64,000 nt of DNA from Acidobacteriota bacterium (GTDB lineage Bacteria; Acidobacteriota; UBA4820; DSQY01): NCBI GenBank assembly GCA_040752915.1, contig JBFMHB010000002.1:13967-77966 (forward strand), written 5' to 3'. The notes under the pieces were generated by a model, which saw nothing but the letters and a program-made list of their open reading frames with translations, was not told where the DNA came from and made no database searches. A program made the position numbers and the translations under genes. This document shows positions 55,769-64,000 of this stretch, in pieces; positions within the stretch are counted from its first letter, which is position 1, and each line of letters starts with the position of its first letter.

Positions 55769-58048
55769 TCAATGGTACAGATTCACGTTGCGCGTCTCCA
55801 CCGTACCGTAGCCCGCCAAGGTGACGGTCACCGGGAAGGTGGCGCTGGCGTTGTACTGGCCTTGGCCGCTGAAGTTGCCGGTGAGGAAGACCTTCACCAG
55901 CGTCCGCCCTTCGCCATCCGTACCGGCGCTTTCCTTGCGCCCTGTGAGCGCGAAGTCGGAGCAGGAACCTTGCTGCGCCTGGCATGTACCCACGTTCACG
56001 TTCACGTTGTTGTATTCCCCGGGGCCTACCCAGAAGGCTTCAATCAAATGCTCGTCTCCGTTGGCCGGGAAACTGAGCGGGCAGGAAAAGCCCTGGGAGA
56101 GGCACGATGAGGAGCCGGGCCCGGCTGCGAAAGAAGGCACTACATCGAAGGGTACCCCCGCGCGCGACGGGTAATCGGGTTGTGGATCCTCCTTGCAGGA
56201 AAGATAGGGCAGAACAAGGTGCGAAGGGGCGTGCGCGGGCGCCCAGGCCTTAAAGCGGTTCCCCCATGCCGTGGGGTCGGAACACTCCCACGTGGGTGAC
56301 ACCCAGCCGTTGGTTCTCCAGTTTTCGCTGCTATCGTAATACCGGATGTTTTTCATCCGATACAAACTTGTACCGTGGAAGGTCAGCCGATTGCTCGCTC
56401 CATTCAGCGGACGGATGGCGATGTCCACTGAATTACTCTGCGCGTCCAAAGCGTACCCGACACTGTTGGCTGGACCGTACTCTGAACCCGGTGCGAAAGA
56501 AGGCGGAGACGGCGCTGGCAAGAACTGCAAGGCGTTCAGCAGAACTCCTGCGTATTTCCGATGCCGCCACGTGTACTGCCGCCAGTCGGGAGATTCCTCG
56601 AACTGGATGTTATCCGGGTTGAGAAGAACGAGACCGGATGCCTGAGGAACCCCGTTTTCATGAATGGTGATACAGGGTGTCGCCTCCAGGCAAAATCCCG
56701 GGGCTCCGTCCCCCGTCCATGTTGAAGAGAAAGGCTCGCCGCAGGTCGCCTGCCAAAGATCACTCCGCCGCACCCGAACCCTTTTTCGATATTCGGGCGT
56801 GGGCTGTACATCTACCGCAGGAATTCCATCTGACTTCACCGCAAAGACAAACGGCCTCACGTAGTCTTCACTGGGTCTTGTCCCGCAGGCGGAGAGGTTC
56901 TTGCGCCACTTGCGGAAGAGCCCGAGGCCGTCGGCCTGGACGGTGAAGGCGTCCCCGCCCAGGATGGAGGGCTGGAGCGTCGAGGCCACCTGGATGTTCC
57001 GAATCGGATCGGGAAAACCGTAGAAGAAACCCGCCTCGACCCAGTCGCCCACGTTGGAATTCCAGCTGCACTCGTACCGCGGCGACCAGACCTTCTTTCC
57101 GTTGCTGGACTTGATCTTAATGGAGGCCGGCCCGAGGTAGTTCTTGTCCCCCGGCGCGTCGGGGACGGTGCACCGAAGAACACCCACCATGGAAGCGCCG
57201 TCGTACGATTCCCGTACCGGATTCGCAATCGTGGCCAGCTTGGCCGAAGTGGGGATTTTGAACTTCACGGTCACGGTGTCCCACTCGGCCTTGGTGAAAC
57301 CCTTCACGGTGATCTTGACCTCCCGGTGCCCACCTCCGCAGTTGCAGACGTTTGGAAAGTCCCGGTTCGGAGCCATGGTGACAAAGGAGAGGCCCGGCGA
57401 ATCTTGCAGCGGCACATCCCCCTCCTCGTCCGGCAGTGTGTCGGGCGGTTCGACGGGCAGGAGCATGGCCGAGGCAGGCGGCGCGAGCGAGACGTCGTCC
57501 ACCTCCAGCCAGGCCGGCGAGGCACCCGGCGCCCCTTCCGCGGCCAGCCGAAGCCAGTAGTCCTCTCCGGCCCTCATTCCCTTCTCTTCGGGCGAGAAGT
57601 CCACCGTCACCTTCTGCCAGGTGGCTTCCGCCCCCTTGAGGGTCGCCAGCGGCACTTCCAGGCCGCTCGATGCTTCGATGAGGGAAATCCTCAGGCCCCG
57701 GCCCGGAAGCGCTCCTTTTCCCCGGCTCCGAACGAAAAGGCTCAGGCGCGCCTGGGACAGAAGGGAGACACCCGCGCCCAAAAACTGCTCCAGCGAATCT
57801 TCCCGCAGGGGTGTGAGCCCCAGCCTCGCGTACCCTTCATTTCCTTCGCCGGAGGCCGGGTCTTCCACAACCAGGGGCGAGGAACCGGCCGGCTCCGCCT
57901 CCCAGGCGAGGTTCCACCCCTCGGAAAACGAACCGTTTCGGATCTGCTCCTGACCGAAAGCCGGAAGTGCGGCCATCGCCAGCGCCCAAACCCCAATAAG
58001 CCACAGCACCGCCCGCTTCCCCCGGCGGCGCCGCATTTCCTTTTCCAT
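55769..58048 (-). CDS. Secreted hypothetical protein with an N-terminal carbohydrate-binding-module-like domain (CBM4/9-like), 759 aa.
   Basis: Signal peptide. QIRNGSFSEGWNLAWEAEP...LEVDDVSLAPP resembles CBM4/9-type sugar-binding modules. The remainder is unassigned. Confidence 0.5.
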   Translation of the reverse strand: MEKEMRRRRGKRAVLWLIGVWALAMAALPAFGQEQIRNGSFSEGWNLAWEAEPAGSSPLVVEDPASGEGNEGYARLGLTPLREDSLEQFLGAGVSLLSQARLSLFVRSRGKGALPGRGLRISLIEASSGLEVPLATLKGAEATWQKVTVDFSPEEKGMRAGEDYWLRLAAEGAPGASPAWLEVDDVSLAPPASAMLLPVEPPDTLPDEEGDVPLQDSPGLSFVTMAPNRDFPNVCNCGGGHREVKITVKGFTKAEWDTVTVKFKIPTSAKLATIANPVRESYDGASMVGVLRCTVPDAPGDKNYLGPASIKIKSSNGKKVWSPRYECSWNSNVGDWVEAGFFYGFPDPIRNIQVASTLQPSILGGDAFTVQADGLGLFRKWRKNLSACGTRPSEDYVRPFVFAVKSDGIPAVDVQPTPEYRKRVRVRRSDLWQATCGEPFSSTWTGDGAPGFCLEATPCITIHENGVPQASGLVLLNPDNIQFEESPDWRQYTWRHRKYAGVLLNALQFLPAPSPPSFAPGSEYGPANSVGYALDAQSNSVDIAIRPLNGASNRLTFHGTSLYRMKNIRYYDSSENWRTNGWVSPTWECSDPTAWGNRFKAWAPAHAPSHLVLPYLSCKEDPQPDYPSRAGVPFDVVPSFAAGPGSSSCLSQGFSCPLSFPANGDEHLIEAFWVGPGEYNNVNVNVGTCQAQQGSCSDFALTGRKESAGTDGEGRTLVKVFLTGNFSGQGQYNASATFPVTVTLAGYGTVETRNVNLYH

Positions 58049-58145
58049 CGAGACACCCCCTTTCGGTTCATCGGTCGCACCTGACGTGATGTATCGAACC
58101 CGATGACGCCAAAAGGGGGGCGGACGCCCCCGCGAGACGCAAATC

Positions 58146-58177
58146 GGTTGGTTGGTTGGTTGGTTGGTCGGTCGGTT
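58146..58177. repeat. Tetranucleotide microsatellite (GGTT)5(GGTC)2(GGTT)1, about 100 bp upstream of the start of the secreted CBM-like protein gene (55769-58048, minus strand).
   Basis: Read directly: ggttggttggttggttggttggtcggtcggtt. Confidence 0.9.
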
Positions 58178-58473
58178 GCAATGACCGTGCCATCATCCCT
58201 CTCCCCGGATCGGCCTGGGGAATCCCCCCACGCTCGCTCGGCCTTTTTTCGTTCTTATACCTCCGTACATGGGGCATGTAAAGGACCGGCGATCCGGATC
58301 TTCTCGGGCGCGGGGCACTCCCTTCGCATGTCGCTCTGCCAAACAGTTGGACAAACAGGTGGCTGTCCCCGCGGCTAATGGGCGGCGGAGGGGCTGGGGC
58401 CGGAGCGCGGGCAGGGCCCGGCCGAGGCTCGAAGGCGACACACCACCCTCTCTTGGGCAGGCGTGGACCGGCC

Positions 58474-60588
58474 CTATGGATTCAGCAGGCGGCCGTAGTC
58501 GCGGGAGTAGGCAAGGACGCGGGCGGTGTAGGCGCGGGTCTCGGCGTAAGGAATCATGGCCACGAAATCCTCCTCGCAGGAAGGGTTCCAGGCCGCCATC
58601 CACCGGGCCACCACGTCCTCTCCGGCGTTGTAGGCGGCCACCGCCCCCGCCGTGGGGAACCGATTCAGGAGAAGGCCCAGGTAGCGGATGCCGAGGGCGG
58701 CGTTCGCACCCGGATCGTAGAGGTCTCCGGGGTCCTCTCCATGGGGGGCCAGGCGCAGGGCCGTTTCGGGCATGAGCTGCATGAGGCCGCGGGCCCCCGC
58801 GGGGGAGAGGGCGGTCTCGTCGAAGCCGCTCTCCTGGAGCATGACGGCCAAGACGAGGGCCGGAGGGACGCCTTCGGCTTTGGCGAGGGGGCGGATTTTC
58901 CCCAGTAGAGGAGCAGGGTAGAAGGCTTCCAGGACCGCATTGGGGCAGGCCCAGGGGCCCTCAACTCCCGGCGCCGCTTTGTGGAGGGCCGATTCGGCGG
59001 CGGCACGCCGCCCGGCGCGCCCGCACAGGAGCGCGTAGGTGAGGGCGACGTGGGGCGAGCGGCTTCCGGCCTTCCGGTACAGAACCGAGAAGGCGTCGGC
59101 GGCGTCGGATTCCAGGCCTGCCCGGTCCAGGGCGCGGGCCAGGAAAGACTCTTCCCCGCCCGCGGCCTCCGTCCAGGGCTCCGGAAGGACCGCCGGCGAA
59201 TCCTGCGCGGCCTTCTCGCCCCGTTCCCCGAGCCGCCGCAGGGCCGAGGCGCGCCAGTAGCCCTCCGGACCCGCGGCCAGGCGGAGGAGCGCCTCGACTT
59301 CCACGTCCCGGCGGCCGGAACGCCCCGCCGCGGAGGCCAGGCCCCACAGGGCGCTGGATCGCAAGAGGCCGGCCCCGGGGTTTTCGACGACGGAGCGGAA
59401 GAGGGACAGGGACTCCTCCCATCGGCCGAGCTGGTGGAGGGCCCATCCCCGGCGGAGGCAGGCGGCCAGGAGAAGGGAGTCTCCCCCGCCCAGGGAATCG
59501 AGCCGCGCCCACGCATCCTGCGCCTCCTCGAAGTTTCCCGCGGCGTAGGCCGAAACGGCCCATGCGTTGAGGGCTTCGGCGTGGAGCCCCTCGTGGCCCT
59601 TCGCGGGGATTTCCAGAAGGGCGCGGCAGCGCTCCGCAACGGCCCCGTGGTCCCCTTCGCGGACGAGGGCCCAGGCGGCCTTCAGGCGGGCGCGGAGGGC
59701 GGCCTCCGTGTTCCCCCGGGCGCGGGCCAGGGCGTCCGCCGCCTGGACCGTTTCGTCGTTGCGCCGCAAGGCGTGGAGGACCTCCACCCGCAAGAGGGCG
59801 GCTCGCTCCCCCGAGGCGCCCTCGAAGGCCTTAGCCGGCAGGCTCAGGAGGAGGTCCCAGGCGTCCTCCCGGCGACCCGATTTCAAGAAGCGCCGGGCCA
59901 GGTCCAGGGTCTGGTCGGCGCTTCGGGTCGGCGGCGCGAAATGGCCCTCCTCGGCGAGGCGGTTCAGCCGGAGCCCTGCCTCCCTCCCGAGGACGCAGTC
60001 GGGCCGAAGGTAGAGGTCCCGCAAGGTCCCCCCCGCCTCCCTCCACCGCTCCAGCTGGAGGAGCCCCAGGGCCCTTTCCCACCGGACCCGGTCCCGGTCG
60101 GCGCCGCGCGAGAGGTCCACCAGCCTGGACAGGGTTTCCAACCGGGGCGTGAGTCGGCCCTGGGCTTCCTGGGCCCGCGCCAGGAGCCTCAAGGCCCGAA
60201 GGCGCAGGCTCGGAACGGGGGATCCCGCCAACCGGACCGCCAGCCCTTCGGCCTCCTTCGCCCTCCCCAGGTCCAGGAGGGCCTGGGTGAGCAGGAGTCG
60301 GCCAAAGGGGGCCAGGGGACCCGCGGAGTCGGCGGTCTCCCTCAGGGGGTCCACGGCCGCGGCCGGGTCTCCGGCCAGGAGAGCCATTCTGCCGTAGGCC
60401 AGGGCGGCCGTCTTGTCCGGCCCGGCGGGAGAGGAGGCCCAGGCATGGCGGAAGGCGGCCAGGGCCTCGGGCCACCGGCCCTGGCGGCGGAGGGCCGCGG
60501 CGTGGTCGAGCTCCGAGGCCCCCTGCGGCGCAGGGACCGCGGGGAGCGAAGCGCCGGCGGTCGCGAGGGAGAGCCCCAGGCACAGCAA
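58474..60588 (-). CDS. slt: Soluble lytic murein transglycosylase (Slt70-like): alpha-superhelical TPR-like N-terminal region plus a C-terminal GH23 lysozyme-like domain.
   Basis: The catalytic region AVMLQESGFDETALSPAGARGLMQLMPETA has the ES-GLMQ motif. AYNAGEDVV is an AYNAG motif. Confidence 0.8.
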   Translation of the reverse strand: MLCLGLSLATAGASLPAVPAPQGASELDHAAALRRQGRWPEALAAFRHAWASSPAGPDKTAALAYGRMALLAGDPAAAVDPLRETADSAGPLAPFGRLLLTQALLDLGRAKEAEGLAVRLAGSPVPSLRLRALRLLARAQEAQGRLTPRLETLSRLVDLSRGADRDRVRWERALGLLQLERWREAGGTLRDLYLRPDCVLGREAGLRLNRLAEEGHFAPPTRSADQTLDLARRFLKSGRREDAWDLLLSLPAKAFEGASGERAALLRVEVLHALRRNDETVQAADALARARGNTEAALRARLKAAWALVREGDHGAVAERCRALLEIPAKGHEGLHAEALNAWAVSAYAAGNFEEAQDAWARLDSLGGGDSLLLAACLRRGWALHQLGRWEESLSLFRSVVENPGAGLLRSSALWGLASAAGRSGRRDVEVEALLRLAAGPEGYWRASALRRLGERGEKAAQDSPAVLPEPWTEAAGGEESFLARALDRAGLESDAADAFSVLYRKAGSRSPHVALTYALLCGRAGRRAAAESALHKAAPGVEGPWACPNAVLEAFYPAPLLGKIRPLAKAEGVPPALVLAVMLQESGFDETALSPAGARGLMQLMPETALRLAPHGEDPGDLYDPGANAALGIRYLGLLLNRFPTAGAVAAYNAGEDVVARWMAAWNPSCEEDFVAMIPYAETRAYTARVLAYSRDYGRLLNP

Positions 60589-60670
60589 AACCCCCGGGAG
60601 GAGGGGAAGGACCCTTCTCCCGGGGGCTCGGGGTGAGGTGTGCCCGCCGGCGGCCCTGGGGCCGCGGGCG

Positions 60671-62509
60671 TCAGAAGGCGACTTCCCAGACCGACTGGTC
60701 GTTGGTCTTGATGGCCAGGGACTGGGCGTAGACCTGGGGCACGGCCCGGTGCATGAAGCAGGCCGCCGCCTGGATCTTGTTGTGGTAGAACTTGGCGTCG
60801 CCGTTCTCCTTCAGGAAGGCATGGTAGGCCTTCTTGTCGGTGGCGTCCACGTCCTTCTCGCGCAGGATGGCCTTGAGCTTCTTGCCCGCCACGGCGGCCT
60901 GTTCGAGGAGGAGGGCGCCGGCGAAGACGTGGCCCATCATGTCGAGGATGCCGCAGGCGTTGGGGAGCAGGACGAGGGGCGCGTCCATCCGCTTGCCCAG
61001 GTCGGCGAGAATTCCGGAAAGCTCCTTCACGGCGTTGGCGAGGTGGATGGCTGAGGCCCCCAGCTCCGTGTCCGTCACGTATTCCTGGGCCGTCTCCTGA
61101 ACCTTTTGCAGGAAGGCTTTCACGAGGGCGCCGTTCTCCATCTTCATCTTTCGGAAGCAGAGGTCGAGGGCCTGGATGCCGTTCGTGCCCTCGTAGATGG
61201 GGGCGATGCGGGCGTCGCGGAGGTACTGCTCCGCCGGGTACTCCATGGTGTAGCCGTAGCCGCCGTAGCACTGGAGGGCCATGTCGGTCATGCGCACGCC
61301 CCAGTCCGTGCACCATGCCTTGCAGATGGGGGTCAGGAGCTCCACCCAGCCCTGGGCCGTTTTCTTGGCTTCGCCCTCGGAAACGTGGGCGAGGTCCAGC
61401 TGGCAGGCGGTGAACGAGACCAGGGCGCGCATGCCGTGGACGTAGGCCATTTGAGTGAGGAGCATGCGCTTCACGTCCGGGTGCTCGATGATGGGGACCT
61501 GGGGACCGTCCGCGGAGCGGTCCTTGAAGTGCTTGCCCTGGAGCCTCTCCTGGGCGAAGGCGAGGGCGTGCTGGTAGGCGGCCGACGCCAGAGCCATGCC
61601 CTGGACGCCCACTTCGTAGCGCGCGGCGTTCATCATCTGGAACATGAGGGACATGCCCTCCTGCTCCTTGCCCAGGAGGAAGCCCTCGCACCCGTCGTTG
61701 GCCCCGAAGACCATGGAGCAGGTGGGGGACCCGTGGATGCCCAGCTTGTGCTCGATGTTGCTCACGGCCACGTCGTTGTACTCGCCCAGGCTCCCGTCCG
61801 GGTTCACGCGGAACTTGGGGACGATGAACAGGGAGAGCCCCTTCGTTCCGGGAGGGGCGTCCGGAGTGCGGGCGAGGACGGCGTGGATGATGTTGGGGGT
61901 CATGTCCTGGTCGCCCGAGGTGATGAAGATCTTTTCGCCCGAGATCTTGTAGCGGCCGTCGGGGGATTTCACGGCCTTGGTGCGGCTGGCGCCCACGTCG
62001 GAGCCCGCGCCCGGCTCGGTGAGGCACATGGTACCGCCCCACTTCCCCGTGTAGAGCTTCTCGCAGAAGAGGCCCTTCATTTCGTCGGTGCCGAAGCTCT
62101 CGATGAGGTGGCCCGTGCCCCGGCCGAGGAGCATGGTGAGGGCGAGGGAGGGGTTGGCGCCCACCATGAACTCGAAGATGCCCGTGCCCACGGACTCGGG
62201 CAGGCCCATGCCGCCGTACTCCTGGTTGGCGGAGGCGCCGATCCAGCCGGCCTCGGAGATGGTCTTGTAGGCCTTGTGGAAGGAGGGAGGCAGGAGCACC
62301 TTCCCGTCCACGAATTTCGCGCCCACCCGGTCGCCGTCGGCGTTGGTGGGCCCCATCTCGTTCTGGACGACCTTGAGGGCCTCCTCGAGGATCATCTCCA
62401 GATCGGACCGCTCGAAGCCGCTGAACTCCTCCGCCTTGAGGATCTTGTTCAGGGGCAGCCACTCGAACAGGTTGAACTTCACGTCTCTGAGGTCGTCCTT
62501 GTAATCCAT
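60671..62509 (-). CDS. Acyl-CoA dehydrogenase (long FadE-type with an extended C-terminal domain).
   Basis: ACAD motifs (LTEPGAGSD; YGGYGYTMEYPAEQYLRDARIAPIYEGTNGIQ). Length 612 aa. Confidence 0.85.
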   Translation of the reverse strand: MDYKDDLRDVKFNLFEWLPLNKILKAEEFSGFERSDLEMILEEALKVVQNEMGPTNADGDRVGAKFVDGKVLLPPSFHKAYKTISEAGWIGASANQEYGGMGLPESVGTGIFEFMVGANPSLALTMLLGRGTGHLIESFGTDEMKGLFCEKLYTGKWGGTMCLTEPGAGSDVGASRTKAVKSPDGRYKISGEKIFITSGDQDMTPNIIHAVLARTPDAPPGTKGLSLFIVPKFRVNPDGSLGEYNDVAVSNIEHKLGIHGSPTCSMVFGANDGCEGFLLGKEQEGMSLMFQMMNAARYEVGVQGMALASAAYQHALAFAQERLQGKHFKDRSADGPQVPIIEHPDVKRMLLTQMAYVHGMRALVSFTACQLDLAHVSEGEAKKTAQGWVELLTPICKAWCTDWGVRMTDMALQCYGGYGYTMEYPAEQYLRDARIAPIYEGTNGIQALDLCFRKMKMENGALVKAFLQKVQETAQEYVTDTELGASAIHLANAVKELSGILADLGKRMDAPLVLLPNACGILDMMGHVFAGALLLEQAAVAGKKLKAILREKDVDATDKKAYHAFLKENGDAKFYHNKIQAAACFMHRAVPQVYAQSLAIKTNDQSVWEVAF

Positions 62510-62804
62510 CGCTCACGCCTCCTTCAAGAAACACCCGTCCGGCCGCCGCCGGCGCCCCGAGGATCCGATCCGCCCGATTCCGCCTTTCCCAAGGGTTCCT
62601 GAGCCTCCCTTGTCACCCTGTCCAGCTGGGCCGACCCGGGGGGCGGGGAGCCCTGCATACGAAAGTAAGTAAATACTCACGAAAAATCAAGCCCCCCCTT
62701 TCAACCGCCCTCCAAAAGCCGCCACGGTTACATCCGGGACCCAGGCGCATCTTGGCTCTCCTGAGCGCCCGGCGGCGCCGGGCCCGTCGTGAGGAGAACG
62801 CCCA

Positions 62805-63203
62805 ATGGAGCTTACCGTCACGTTTCCCGGAGGAAAGCGCGTGGACGCCCAGTTCCTCCACCACACCATCCGGACCGATCAGTCCCGCGAATCGGGGGGA
62901 GAGGGATCCGCCCCCGAGCCTTTCCTGCTCTTCCTGTCCTCCATCGCCACCTGCGCCGGCATCTACGTCCTCTCGTTCTGTCAAAGCCGCGGATTGCCCA
63001 CGGAGGGCCTCTCCCTGACGCAGACCGCGGAGTTTCACCCGGTGACGGGCCGGCTCGAGAGGGTGGGCCTGGACATTCGGGTCCCCCCTGGATTCCCGGA
63101 GAAGTACCGAGAGGCCCTGGTGCGCGCCGCGGACATGTGCGCCGTCAAGAAGGCCCTCCAGGACCCTCCCGCTTTCGAGGTCAAGACCTCGACGGCCTCC
63201 TGA
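62805..63203 (+). CDS. OsmC/Ohr-family peroxiredoxin-like protein.
   Basis: About 130 aa. The two conserved Cys in LSSIATCAG and ADMCAVKKAL are typical of OsmC/Ohr. Confidence 0.7.
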   Translation: MELTVTFPGGKRVDAQFLHHTIRTDQSRESGGEGSAPEPFLLFLSSIATCAGIYVLSFCQSRGLPTEGLSLTQTAEFHPVTGRLERVGLDIRVPPGFPEKYREALVRAADMCAVKKALQDPPAFEVKTSTAS

Positions 63204-63296
63204 CCGGGCCTCCGCCGCGTGGTATCCTCGACCCCTCGGGGTCCCCGTCCCCTTCCGGGAGCGGGGGCCCCGGGATTCCTTTTCCGGAGGACCGTC

Positions 63297-64000
63297 ATGA
63301 TCGCCCGAGCCGCCCGCGTCGCCCTCGCCGCCTTCGCCGCCGCCCTCGTCTTCGCCGCTCCCTTCGCCTCCCCTCCACCGAAGGACCGGGGACAGTACCG
63401 CCCCGCCGTGAAGGACCCGGTCCTCCAGGAACTGGAGGAGGCGAATGCCGCGGCGGAGGATGCCGCCGCCAAAGTCACCGACGACCTCCTCGCGGCCCAG
63501 GACCAGGAGGAAAAGGCGAGGGAAGCGGCGCGGCGTGATTTTCGCATGGATCTCTCCGGACTCCGCCGTCCCCGGGGGCCGGAGGATTTTCCCGCACGGG
63601 CCTGGGCCTTTCCGCCGGTGGCCCAGTACCTCACCGGCACTTGCTGGTCCTTCGCCACGACCTCCTTCTTCGAATCCGAAATCAAGCGGCTTTCGGGAAG
63701 AGAGGTCAAACTCTCGGAGCTCTGGTCGGTCTATCACGAGTACCTGGACAAGGCCAGGCGCCACGTCGCCACCCGAGGCCGATCGGTCTTCGAGGAGGGG
63801 TCCGAATCGGAGGCCATCCCCCGCCTTTGGAAAACCTACGGCGTCGTCCCCGAATCGGCCTATCCGGGCGTCCTCGCCCCGGACGGGCGCCACAACCACG
63901 CCCGCATGATGGACGAGTTGAAGGCCTATTTCGCCTACTGCGAGGCCAACAATTACTGGAACGAAGACCAGGTGCTGTCCGCCGTGCGAGGCATCCTGGA
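63297..64000 (+). CDS. C1-family (papain-like / aminopeptidase C-like) cysteine peptidase, partial (3' end outside the window). Secreted.
   Basis: ATG at 63297 with the frame open to the window end. Signal peptide. Active-site Cys motif QYLTGTCWSFATTSFFESE. Confidence 0.65.
   Translation, partial: MIARAARVALAAFAAALVFAAPFASPPPKDRGQYRPAVKDPVLQELEEANAAAEDAAAKVTDDLLAAQDQEEKAREAARRDFRMDLSGLRRPRGPEDFPARAWAFPPVAQYLTGTCWSFATTSFFESEIKRLSGREVKLSELWSVYHEYLDKARRHVATRGRSVFEEGSESEAIPRLWKTYGVVPESAYPGVLAPDGRHNHARMMDELKAYFAYCEANNYWNEDQVLSAVRGIL

Noticed and set aside
1-64000. Mobile elements, CRISPR arrays, tRNA and rRNA genes.
   Set aside because: No transposase or integrase-like ORFs, terminal inverted repeats, regularly spaced direct repeats or tRNA cloverleaf-compatible segments were seen. 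GC content is uniformly high except for the 36.5 kb spacer. Absence should be confirmed with tRNAscan and a CRISPR finder.

Overview
Work here is by eye from the sequence and the six-frame track; no searches or computations were run. The window is high-GC bacterial chromosomal DNA, and many long Arg/Gly/Pro-rich 'shadow' ORFs on the wrong strand or frame were discarded.

The standout feature is a ~26 kb co-oriented minus-strand array of six giant signal-peptide-bearing proteins (753 to 2188 aa, 10245-36490). It comprises an M28-like aminopeptidase, an M6/InhA-like metalloprotease, two HExxH metalloproteases with propeptide-like N-termini, and two large proteins of unassigned family. A signal-peptide HEAT-repeat protein sits inside the array and a BNR/sortilin-like protein lies immediately upstream. 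All six carry fibronectin-III-like repeats and MAM-like ('choice-of-anchor-J'-like) beta-sandwich modules. All six also end in a related ~90-125 aa cysteine-bearing C-terminal domain with no transmembrane segment. I propose this as a candidate undescribed sorting or anchoring domain. A ~480 bp near-identical nucleotide cassette is shared by two adjacent array genes, which points to recent gene conversion.

Housekeeping content in the rest of the window:
- A partial sensor kinase and a CheY-like receiver.
- A minus-strand module of a non-canonical PEP-utilizing enzyme, a TIGR02186-like protein and a TauE/SafE exporter, flanked by two cytidylate-kinase-like/BON paralogs.
- A cobA-sirC siroheme pair, with cobA fused to an O-methyltransferase-like domain.
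- The gcvT-H-PA-PB glycine cleavage operon.
- Futalosine-pathway genes (mqnA-like, mqnC/E-like) with cinA and plsC.
- asnB, an MFS/POT-like transporter, gpx, three consecutive secreted hypothetical proteins, an Slt-type lytic transglycosylase, an acyl-CoA dehydrogenase, OsmC, and a partial C1-type cysteine peptidase.

No rRNA, tRNA, CRISPR array or transposase was recognised. Small repeats of note are a (GGTT)n tract in the promoter region of a secreted protein and a CCCTAGTC octamer array.
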